A stretch of 64,000 nt of DNA, from NCBI GenBank assembly GCA_026936335.1, contig JAPMXV010000072.1:186001-250000 (forward strand), in the 5' to 3' direction. Under the pieces are notes generated by a model that saw only the letters and a program-made list of their open reading frames with translations, was not told the origin of the DNA and searched no databases. The position numbers and the translations under genes are program-made. This stretch comes from Mantamonas sphyraenae STR306. Taxonomy: Eukaryota > Protista > CRuMs. Shown piece by piece: positions 1 through 9,661 of the stretch (positions are counted from its first letter, which is position 1; every line of letters starts with the position of its first letter).

Positions 1-1
1 G

Positions 2-2935
2 ATGAGTGGAATGGATGAGGAGGAGGAGTTGAAGGCGTATGGGGAGCTGAAGGAGCTTCTGGGAGGGATGGCGCTGGCAGTGCGACAAGCAGCGGCTGTG
101 ATTGGGAAGGGTAGAGGAAGAGGACGGGTGGGCAAGTACAGGAAGAGACTGGGGAGGAACTTGGGGCAGCTGGAGAAAGGGATTGATTCAGATGCTTATG
201 ACAAGACGACGATGGCAGTGTGGAAGTTGGCGATGGAGGCAGCTGGGGAGAAGAACGAGGATGCAGAGGGACTGATGCAGTGTCTGGCACTTTTGGATGG
301 GAGTGGAGTGCAAAGGAGAGTGGTGGTGACGCTGATGGAGAATGTGGAGGGCGTGGGGGACAGGGACGAGGCAGAGGAGCGGGCAGAGGATGCGATGGAA
401 TCGTTGGAGCGTGTGTCGCTGGTGCAACGGGCTGTGGATGGGGATGGTTGGCAGGTGCATGGACTGGTGCAGTTGATGACGCGGGGAGGGGAGGAGCTAC
501 AGGTGGAGGCAGACGGGGGTATGGAGGCATGCCAGCGTGTGTTGAAGATGATGGGGAAGGAGTTTGCCTTTGACCCAAGTAGGTCACTGGAAGAGCTTGT
601 GTGGCACAGGGAGATGCTGATGCATGGGGAGCGGGTGTGGAGGGTGTGTCAAGCAGCGTGCCAAGCTTCAGGTGAAGTTAACAACGTGCGTTGGGTTGGG
701 CAGAATGTGGCAGCGGTGCATGATTGGATGGGAGCATACGGGAAGGCGGAGAGGGTGCTGGAGGAGGTGATTGAGGTGCAGAGGAGGGCAGGGATGGATG
801 GGGAGGAGAATACGGGATGGGCAAGGAGCATCCACAACATGGCTGGGGTGTACGAAGCCAAGGGAGAGTACGATCGGGCACTGGAGCTGCATGAGCAGGC
901 ACTGGAGATCATACGACGGGTGCATGGTGGGGATGCGCACCCGTCTGTGGCCACGAGCATCCACAACATGGCTGGGGTGTACCAGGCCAAGGGAGAGTAC
1001 GATCGGGCACTGGAGCTGTATGAGCAGGCACTGGAGATCATACGACGGGTGCATGGTGGGGATGAGCACCCATCTGTGGCCACGAGCATCCACAACATGG
1101 CTGAGGTGTACCAGGCCAAGGGAGAGTACGATCGGGCACTGGAGCTGTATGAGCAGGCACTGGCGATCGAGCGACGGGTGCATGGTGGGGATGAGCACCC
1201 ATCTGTGGCCACGAGCATCCACAACATAGCTAGTGTGTACGATGACAAGGGAGAGTACGATCGGGCACTGGAGCTGTATAAGCAGGCACTGGAGATCGAT
1301 CGACGGGTGCATGGTGGGGATGCGCACCCGTCTGTGGCCACGAGCATCCACAACATAGCTAGTGTGTACGATGACAAGGGAGAGTACGATCGGGCACTGG
1401 AGCTGTATAAGCAGGCACTGGAGATCAAGCGACGGGTGCATGGTGGGGATGCGCACCCGGAAGTCGCAGCGAGCATTCACAACATGGCTGTGGTGTACCA
1501 GGCCAAGGGAGAGTACGATCGGGCACTGGAGCTGCATGAGCAGGCACTGGAGATCGATCGACGTGTGCATGGTGGGGATGAGCACCCGTCTGTGGCCACG
1601 AGCATCCACAACATGGCTGGGGTGTACAAAGCCAAGGGAGAGTACGATCGGGCACTGGAGCTGTATGAGCAGGCACTGAAGATCGATCGACGTGTGCATG
1701 GTGGGGATGAGCACCCGTCAGTGGCCACGAGCATCCACAACATGGCTGAGGTGTACCAGGCCAAGGGAGAGTACGATCGGGCACTGGAGCTGTATGAGCA
1801 GGCACTGGAGATCGAGCGACGGGTGCATGGTGGGGATGAGCACCCGTCAGTGGCCACGAGCATCCACAACATAGCTAGTGTGTACGATGACAAGGGAGAG
1901 TACGATCGGGCACTGGAGCTGCATGAGCAGGCACTGGAGATCAAGCGACGTGTGCATGGTGGGGATGAGCACCCGTCAGTGGCCACGAGCATCCACAACA
2001 TGGCTGAGGTGTACAAAGCCAAGGGAGAGTACGATCGGGCACTGGAGCTGCATGAGCAGGCACTGGCGATCGATCGACGGGTGCATGGTGGGGATGAGCA
2101 CCCGTCAGTGGCCACGAGCATACACAACATGGCGTTGGTGTACAAAGCCAAGGGAGAGTACGATCGGGCACTGGAGCTGCATGAGCAGGCACTGGCGATC
2201 GATCGACGGGTGCATGGTGGGGATGAGCACCCGTCAGTGGCCACGAGCATACACAACATGGCTGAGGTGTACCAGGCCAAGGCAGAGTACGATCGGGCAC
2301 TGGAGCTGCATGAGCAGGCACTGGAGATCAAGCGACGTGTGCATGGTGGGGATGAGCACCCGTCAGTGGCCACGAGCATACACAACATGGCCATGGTGTA
2401 CGAAGCCAAGGGAGAGTACGATCGGGCACTGGAGCTGCATGAGCAGGCACTGGAGATCAAGCGACGGGTGCATGGTGGGGATGCGCACCCGGAAGTCGCA
2501 GCGAGCATCCACAACATGGCTGTGGTGTACCAGGCCAAGGGAGAGTACGATCGGGCACTGGAGCTGTATGAGCAGGCACTGGGGATCGAGCGACGGGTGC
2601 ATGGTGGGGATGAGCACCCATCTGTGGCCACGAGCATCCACAACATAGCTAGTGTGTACGATGACAAGGGAGAGTACGATCGGGCACTGGAGCTGCATGA
2701 GCAGGCACTGGAGATCTATCGACGTGTGCATGGTGGGGATGAGCACCCGTCTGTGGCCACGAGCATACACAACATGGCTCGGGTGTACACAGCCAAGGGA
2801 GAGTACGAACGGGCACTGCAGCTACTCAAGCAGGCAAAAGATGTCCTCCGATCGACACAAGCACCCCGTTCACTCATACAATCTGTCGAGAATGGCATCC
2901 GATATTGCAAGATCAAGCTCCAGGATCGACGATGA
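2..2935 (+). CDS. NLR-like protein (C-terminal part of NB-ARC plus 16 TPR repeats); 5' end probably lies outside the window
   Basis: LLGGMALAVRQAA resembles the NB-ARC GxP region (Pro replaced by Ala) and WQVHGLVQ resembles the MHD motif; both are followed by 16 tandem 43-aa TPRs. No P-loop is present in the window. Confidence 0.8.
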   Translation: MSGMDEEEELKAYGELKELLGGMALAVRQAAAVIGKGRGRGRVGKYRKRLGRNLGQLEKGIDSDAYDKTTMAVWKLAMEAAGEKNEDAEGLMQCLALLDGSGVQRRVVVTLMENVEGVGDRDEAEERAEDAMESLERVSLVQRAVDGDGWQVHGLVQLMTRGGEELQVEADGGMEACQRVLKMMGKEFAFDPSRSLEELVWHREMLMHGERVWRVCQAACQASGEVNNVRWVGQNVAAVHDWMGAYGKAERVLEEVIEVQRRAGMDGEENTGWARSIHNMAGVYEAKGEYDRALELHEQALEIIRRVHGGDAHPSVATSIHNMAGVYQAKGEYDRALELYEQALEIIRRVHGGDEHPSVATSIHNMAEVYQAKGEYDRALELYEQALAIERRVHGGDEHPSVATSIHNIASVYDDKGEYDRALELYKQALEIDRRVHGGDAHPSVATSIHNIASVYDDKGEYDRALELYKQALEIKRRVHGGDAHPEVAASIHNMAVVYQAKGEYDRALELHEQALEIDRRVHGGDEHPSVATSIHNMAGVYKAKGEYDRALELYEQALKIDRRVHGGDEHPSVATSIHNMAEVYQAKGEYDRALELYEQALEIERRVHGGDEHPSVATSIHNIASVYDDKGEYDRALELHEQALEIKRRVHGGDEHPSVATSIHNMAEVYKAKGEYDRALELHEQALAIDRRVHGGDEHPSVATSIHNMALVYKAKGEYDRALELHEQALAIDRRVHGGDEHPSVATSIHNMAEVYQAKAEYDRALELHEQALEIKRRVHGGDEHPSVATSIHNMAMVYEAKGEYDRALELHEQALEIKRRVHGGDAHPEVAASIHNMAVVYQAKGEYDRALELYEQALGIERRVHGGDEHPSVATSIHNIASVYDDKGEYDRALELHEQALEIYRRVHGGDEHPSVATSIHNMARVYTAKGEYERALQLLKQAKDVLRSTQAPRSLIQSVENGIRYCKIKLQDRR
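827..2835 (+). repeat. Tandem coding repeat, 129-nt period, 16 units (last one degenerate)
   Basis: agcat(c/a/t)cacaacat recurs every 129 nt from 827 to 2762. Confidence 0.97.
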
Positions 2936-3112
2936 AGCCCCCTCTCAAATCCAATGCACTTGTGTCACCCCACAACCCACCCACCCAACCATCAGTCCAT
3001 GCCATCCGCCTTTGCGTTTTCTCCGTCTCTGCGCCCGCTCCAGCAACTTGCACCTCCATCACAAGCAAATCCCCCCTACCCCCCTTTAAAACTTTCTCAA
3101 CAAAGAAGAACA

Positions 3113-3761
3113 ATGATCAGTCTTTCAGTGGAAATGGACTACGTGGCCGTGTTTGGCACGGCGGTGGCTGCCTGGATCTGCGGCGCCGTCTGGTATGGCA
3201 TCTTTGGCGAAAAGTGGATCAAGCTGTGCAAGCTCGACCCCAAGAAGATTGCAGAGAACCAGTCTCCCATGCCCCATCTCGGCTCCCTCATGACCACGGT
3301 GCTTTCCAGCCTCATCATGTTCCACTTTTTGCAGCACCTCAAAATCACAACCTACGTCGACGCCTTCCGCCTCAGGTGAGTGTCTCACAACACCGTTGAC
3401 CCCACCCTGTGCATCTCTTGGTCGCATGTATTCCCTTCTTCCGCCTGCCGAATCCAGACACTGCGCCTGCGCCTCGTTGGAGCCCTCCCAGCCGGAAAGA
3501 AACGCTGAGAATCTGACACGAAATTTCGACACTTTCCCCATTTCCTCCGGCGGCCCCTGCAGCTCGTTTGCGGTGCTTGGTTTCGGTCTCACCTTCCAGT
3601 TCATCCACTTTATCTACGACGGCCGTCCCCTGGGTCTGTTCTTCATCGACGGTGGCTACGACTGGATGACGGCCGTTGTCCTTGCCTGCGGCCATGTTTT
3701 CTTTTCCCAGCGCAACATTGTGGCTGCTGCTGAAGCTGCTGCCGCTGCTGCCACTGCCTAA
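3113..3761 (+). CDS. DUF1761-family membrane protein; exons 3113-3375 and 3563-3761
   Basis: AWICGAVWYGIFGEKW ... RPLGLFFIDGGY is typical of DUF1761. Intron GTGAGT(3376)..CTGCAG(3562) joins the two ORFs in frame. Confidence 0.75.
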
Positions 3762-3889
3762 GCGCTCCCTGTGTGTATCACACACAGCTGGTTCACGCCT
3801 GCACTGCAAACGTGTGCAAGAGAGCACTGAGAGCGCCGGGAGGAGCAAAAATGAAAGGCCCAAGCTGTGGTTCCCGGGAACTCGATTTT

Positions 3890-5719
3890 TCATTCGTCGT
3901 CTTCGTCCTCGTCGTCGTCTTGGCCTCCGGATGCACTGGACTCGCCGTTCTCGTCGCTGCTGCTGCCGCTGCCTCCACTCTCGTGCTCCAGCTTGGCCTC
4001 TTCGTACTTGACAATGCGTGCAGCAAGCTGGTCAGCGTACCGTTTGTAGAATTTCTCAAAGTAGAACCCGGCGCCGTTCCACACGCTTTGCCAGACGATG
4101 ACTGCGGACGGAAAAGGGAAAGGGAGTGTGTGAAAAGGTTGTGTGAGCATCCAAAGGAGCGAGCGCATGGGGGGAGGGGGGACGAGGGGGAGGTGGACGT
4201 ACAGATCAACCAGGCTGTGTTTGCCCAGTAGTGTTCAAACATAAACTTGATGGGCAGAATGGTGAGAATGGTGTAGACGCTTTGGCCGGCCATAAAGATG
4301 AGCACGTGATATTCCTCTGGGGTGCCTGTCTTGGCCAGGATCTTGTGGACAAAGCTCTTGCGCGAGGCAGAGAGCCAACGCAGCGAGGTCTGCAGACGTC
4401 CATCCTTCTCCAGCTTCTCCTTGTCCACATACTCGGTCTTGAGGTAGTAGGCCACCTGCCAGAAGAGGTACATGAGAAAGGGGAGCAAGAGGGAGTAGCG
4501 CCACTCCAAGGTGCACTCCTCTGTGCTGCACACCGAATAGCCCGGCAGATCACTCCAGCGCAGAGTCCATGTGACAATGGGTGGGAAAATGTGGATAAAG
4601 ATGGATGTCATCTTGTCCAGGTCGTGAAAGACGACCGCGTTGCCCCAGACGATGATTGCCCACGCCAGGGGCCCATTGCTGTGTGCGGTTGGGTTGGGAG
4701 GGGGGCACATGGGGGTTAGGGTTGTGCCAGTACAACTGTGCATGTGTGGAATGGTGTGGATGAGTCAATCGCCTACCTGAGCGCAAAGATCAAGGTGAAC
4801 AGCTGGTCCTCCATGGGGTACAGAAACAGGTAGAATCCCATGATACACTGGGTAAAGTAGCAAAAGTCTGTGGAAGGGAAACGGGAGGGGTGAGCAATGT
4901 GAAGAGCCACCGTGTGTGTGTGTGTGTGTGTGTGTGGCTCGATGGAAGCACGTACCCAGGAGAAAGTAGTGCCACTTGTTGCGGTGGTAGATGATCCAAC
5001 GCATAATCATAAGCTGGGGGGGGGATGGAATGAGTGATTGCGCACAGGATGGGATGTATGTCGAGGGCAGATGGGCAACACAGCAACGTACAGTGACAAT
5101 CCAAAAGGTGTAAAAGGGCACCATCCACTGCGGCGCCTGCAGGGCGACGGCTTGCGTCACAAGCATGTTGATGACGCCCACTGTAAACATAAACTTGTCC
5201 AACCACTGTTGGATGGCCGGTCGTTTGGCCTTGAGCTGCAACTCCTGTGGCGTAGGAGGGCCAGCGTGACGTGTCAGCAGGGGCTCATTTTTCGCGCTTC
5301 CGGCATTTTTTGCCACCACGCCTGTACCTTTGTTCGTTCCTTGAGCTTTTCTGTGTTGCGTCGCACCATATCCTCAAAGTTGTCTGTGCGCTCGTCGAGT
5401 TTGAGCAGGTTGATGACCTGTTCACGGCGTTCACGAAGGCCGTCCTGGAATCGTTCGCGCTCACGCGACACCATGGCTGCCCACTTGTCCAGCACCTTGT
5501 TCGGTGCCCCCTCTGTACTGTGCGATCCCACTGTCTGTTCCAACAGGCTGTACGACTGGCCAATCGACTCCCACAGTTCGTCCTCGGCGCTGAGCGGGGT
5601 GTTTGCGAGGGGTGTGTGTCAGAATCAGCCTCCAAAAGTGCATCTCAAACTCGGGTGCATCCCACAACCTACGTCAGATACGCCTCCACAAACTCGGAAT
5701 CTGCATCCGATGAGGTCAT
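3890..5719 (-). CDS. GPC1: Glycerophosphocholine acyltransferase (DUF2838), multi-intron
   Basis: Spliced motifs DKFMFTVGV, WHYFLL/DFCYF, NGPLAWAIIVWGNAVVFHDLDKMTSIFIH and SVWNGAGFY; first intron 5590-5672. Confidence 0.88.
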
Positions 5720-5798
5720 GGCTGCGGGTGACTCTGAGTAGTTGGATTTGCGGCGCAACCGCAGCAAAACAAAGAACCCATCGCACACCTGCCATCCG

Positions 5799-8003
5799 AT
5801 GGACGTGGATCCGTTCCAGTTCAGCATGCAGAGTGTGCCTCTGCCGGACCTGGACGACGTGTCGTTGTCGTCCCAGGAAACGGTGGGTGAGGCAACCACG
5901 ACGGCGGCGGCGGCGGCGGCGGCTGATCCCGTGCAGGCCAAGCTGGATCGTGTCATGGCGGTTCGTTCTCGGTACGACGGCCACCAAGCAGAGGCCATGG
6001 AGAAGCCAGATGCCCCGCGTGTGCGACCAGCCAAGCGCACCATGGCACGATTGGGAGGCACACGTCAAGGTGTGCAGCAAGTCGTCGCTCGCAGCCGCTA
6101 CAGAGAGACACGGCCCATGCAGCCACAGGTCCATGAGCCGTCCATGATGCGTGTGCCCACCCTGCCAGAGTCGGAGAGGAGTAAACGGCCGCTGGCGGCG
6201 AGTGGGGCGGCACGAAAGGACGGGGCGGGAAATTGGCGCGAAAATCGCGCGTTTATCGACATGGAGCTGGAGCGCGCGGGCAGGGAGCAAAAGGAGGCAC
6301 AGGAGACGTGGAAGCGCAAGATGACAGAGATGATGAGGGAAGGCAAGGCGAGGACGAGTGGAAACAATGGTGTGGCAGCAGGAGTGGACTTGGCGGAGCT
6401 GGACGAGTTGGACGGGCCAGAAATCGTGCCGGCGACCACAGGACGCAGCAGTAGCAGGAGCAGCGTGGACGAGGCGAGGGAGGATGGACGCAATGTGTCT
6501 GTACAGGTGTTGCGGCAGGGGAATCTGACACGCTTTGTGGGGCTGGATGGGAATAAGCGGGAACCGGAACGGGAATCGCAAAGACCCAAGAAGCGCTCAC
6601 CTGGGCGAAAGGCAAAGCAGGTGAACACGCTGACGGAAATGGCCGTGGTTGAACAGACCATGGATTGTCCGGTGTGTCCCAAACGGCTGCCCATGAGTCT
6701 GCTTCAGCAGCATGTGAACAGCCACTTTGAAGCAGAGGTGGAGGCGGTTGTTCCTCCAGCCCCTGTGATCAGTCAGGAAGAGGTTGTGATCACACCTCCT
6801 ACGAGTTCCTCGTCACACGCCGTGACACCGTCATCGTCGTCTCGACGTCGCCAACACAGTGGCCGTGTGCATACACCGAATCAAGGAGGCGCGTCGGCAG
6901 AGGAGAGAGCATCGACACCAGGACGATCGGCCAAGAAACTGAAAATGAGTCTGGTTGCATGCAGCAAGAGTCTAAAGGAGAAGAAGCCACGCATTGAGGA
7001 CACGTTGTTTGACTCGGAGGAGGATGACTCGCAAACACGTAGGCAAACGCTGATGGAGGGGTTTGTGGAACGCAGGGTAGGAGGAGGGGCCGATGGGAGT
7101 GGGCATGGGACGACACAGCAGGTGCGGAGGCTGCCGACGGGCTTTGCAGGACGCAAGGCATCGTCGGTGAGGCGGAAGAAGAAACCGCAACGGAGGGCGA
7201 ACAAACGGGAACGGGAGCAGGTGAGCATGATGGCAGTGGCCATGGAAGGAGAGGAAAGTGGCAAGAGAGCACGTGTGGATGTGGATGTAGATGCAGAGAC
7301 GGAGGATGAGGAGGATTTCGACGAAGAGGAAGAAGTTCCTGGGAATGGTAGTCAGATCATGGACATGCCAATGACAGACGACGAAGTGGACATGGTACCA
7401 GAGTCGCAAGAGGAGGGCACAGTGGATGGGTTGGATGGGTTGGATGGGTTTGATGTGGATGTGGATGTGGTGGAGGACAGCGAACAGGAGAGTGAGCTGG
7501 AGGGCGACGCACAGGACGTGCTGGGTACGCAGGATGGAGAGGATGGAGAGGATGGAGGGGACAGCAGCAGCGACGACAGCGAGTACTTTGACGAAGTGCC
7601 ACTGTCGTTCAAGGCGTTGTTGAGTGGAGGCAGTGGGGAGGAGGACGGTGCCGATGAGCAACAACGAGTGCGCATGGGCGGCAAGCTGGACACGGGAGGC
7701 ATCGAGGATGGCGATCTGGCTTCGTGGGTGGCTGCGCATCCAGAAAGCGTAGAAAAGGGCAAAGGCAAAGGCACGGGGACGAAAAAGTCGCGGAGCAAAT
7801 GGGCCGGGTTGAGTGCCGATGAGTTGATTGCACGGAACCTGGAAATGGTGGAGAAGAATGAGAACAAGCGGCAGCAGGGACAAGGGGGTGGGGGCAAGAC
7901 CAAGAGGAGTGGAGGGCGAGGGAAGAGCAAGGGGGGAAAGAGTCGCTCGTCGTACTGGTACTGGCGGTCGCGGGGAAGGGGTAGGGGACGAGGGAGAGGA
8001 TGA
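5799..8003 (+). CDS. Largely disordered protein with a UBZ4 (Rad18-type) zinc finger and a basic RG-rich tail
   Basis: CPVCPKRLPMSLLQQHVNSHF at about 6666-6729; acidic tracts; C-terminal RGRGRGRG; first plausible ATG at 5799. Confidence 0.65.
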   Translation: MDVDPFQFSMQSVPLPDLDDVSLSSQETVGEATTTAAAAAAADPVQAKLDRVMAVRSRYDGHQAEAMEKPDAPRVRPAKRTMARLGGTRQGVQQVVARSRYRETRPMQPQVHEPSMMRVPTLPESERSKRPLAASGAARKDGAGNWRENRAFIDMELERAGREQKEAQETWKRKMTEMMREGKARTSGNNGVAAGVDLAELDELDGPEIVPATTGRSSSRSSVDEAREDGRNVSVQVLRQGNLTRFVGLDGNKREPERESQRPKKRSPGRKAKQVNTLTEMAVVEQTMDCPVCPKRLPMSLLQQHVNSHFEAEVEAVVPPAPVISQEEVVITPPTSSSSHAVTPSSSSRRRQHSGRVHTPNQGGASAEERASTPGRSAKKLKMSLVACSKSLKEKKPRIEDTLFDSEEDDSQTRRQTLMEGFVERRVGGGADGSGHGTTQQVRRLPTGFAGRKASSVRRKKKPQRRANKREREQVSMMAVAMEGEESGKRARVDVDVDAETEDEEDFDEEEEVPGNGSQIMDMPMTDDEVDMVPESQEEGTVDGLDGLDGFDVDVDVVEDSEQESELEGDAQDVLGTQDGEDGEDGGDSSSDDSEYFDEVPLSFKALLSGGSGEEDGADEQQRVRMGGKLDTGGIEDGDLASWVAAHPESVEKGKGKGTGTKKSRSKWAGLSADELIARNLEMVEKNENKRQQGQGGGGKTKRSGGRGKSKGGKSRSSYWYWRSRGRGRGRGRG

Positions 8004-8045
8004 TGAGAGGCAACAAAGGGATCGAATTGCATTCTTGTTCGTTCA

Positions 8046-9205
8046 TTAGGTTGTTGAGGGTGTGGAGGGTGCAGGGGTTGCACTTGTTGCGTAGGAAAAG
8101 AACCAGAACTTGAATGCGAGTGCAACGAGGGCATGGACAAAGAGGAGAAAGGCGAGGACGATGACGTAGGCGCCACTCATGTACTGGTTGAGGATGGGTT
8201 TGAGATTGGAGAGGAGAAACCAGCCGGAACTGGCAAAGGTGACGGCGACAATGGTCCATCGCAGACCCTCGCTGGGGATGACACACAGCACAGCGGCAAG
8301 GACAAAGGAGGTGAGGCAGTAGCCGTATAGACAGATGAGTTGGAGGTAGGTGACAGGGACAGCCACGTAGCGCAGGTAGGCGTACAGGGCAAGGGTAAAC
8401 AGGAACAGATAGCCGTAGGACAGCATGCAGGCATATGTGATCTGGTTAAAGTCATACTGCCATGCAGCTGTGTCTGCACCAGACTCACCCGTTGGGTTAA
8501 AGGCAAAGTAGGAGGCCATGTTTCCGGAAACGGCGATGGCAAAGATGAGCGTGGTGGCAATCCAAAACGGCCCATAGAGATCGGCATTGCCACCCACTCG
8601 TTCCAGAAAGTTGCCCACCATGGGGTTGATGCTCAGCACAAGCCGACGTGCCACGTCCGCACTGTCCACGTCGTACATGGCTTTGTAATACTCCAAAGAA
8701 AAGATGGAGGCCGAGTTGCCACCGGCGCCGCTGCTGCTGCTCCCGTCTGCCCCTGTGGAGAAGCCAAGGTCTGAACGGGATGGGGTCAGCCACGTCACAC
8801 GGGTGTGTATGTGTGTGTGTACAGTCAGTGTGTGTGTGTGTGATTGCGTGTGTGTGTGTGGGGGGAATGAACAACGCAGGCCCACGCACCATCGTCCTGC
8901 TGGCCAATGTATTTGATCGTCGGCTTGGGCCGCTTCGCCTTGCCCAGCTTGGCGGTGGACACAGGTGTGGATCCAGGCGGAAGCTCTGTGTGTGTGTGTG
9001 ATGATGGGCAGCGCATGGGCAGGGAGGGATGGGTGTAATTGTCAGGGAGGGGTGGGTCAGGGAGGGAGAATGGCCGTGGGAACCCCGACGCAATAACAGG
9101 TGGTGGTGGGGGGGATGGGGAGTGTTGAGCAGGCGGACACAGAGACAAGGCGGGAAACCTACCTGCAAACTCAAGGGCGTCCGTGCTCTGGTTGTTGTCG
9201 GACAT
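8046..9205 (-). CDS. YIPF1: Yip1-domain protein (YIPF1/2-like), 3 exons
   Basis: SIFSLEYYKAMYDVDS, DLYGPFWIATTLIF and ICLYGY motifs; two upstream exons with GTAGGT and GTGCGT donors. Confidence 0.85.
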
Positions 9206-9359
9206 GAGTGTGTATGATGAGTTGGGTCGGCTTGCGTGCCGCGACACAACTCAACGACACCCGACTGAGCATCACCTTCTTGGGCAGCTCAACAGACACA
9301 CAGCAACTAGCACACACAACCACACGAGTTCACACACACACATTCACACACATTTTGTA

Positions 9360-9627
9360 ATGTCATCTTCGTCGGGATCATCGGCGGGCGGGCTTGGCGC
9401 GTCGTTCCGTCCGAACACAGCACCAGCCAGGACGACCAAGCATCAGATTGTGGGAAACTACGACAGCAACATTTTCGTGGCCGTACGGTATGTGGAACCC
9501 GAGCGCAGGAGGGGGGAGGGTGTGTTGGCCATGCACACGCGTGGAGAGGTTGACGGGTTGGCGCCAAAACGAAGCAACGGATTTTTTTGATTTTCGCGGG
9601 CGCGGATTTTGTTCACACACACACACT

Positions 9628-9661
<34 letters not shown>

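Noticed and set aside
827-2835. CRISPR array or DGR-like repeats
   Set aside because: In-frame 129-nt coding repeats without unique spacers; no cas or RT genes; variation is not adenine-specific.
3376-3562. snoRNA in the longer introns (also 61784-62105)
   Set aside because: No convincing box C/D pair with terminal stem or H/ACA structure seen; would need an Infernal search.
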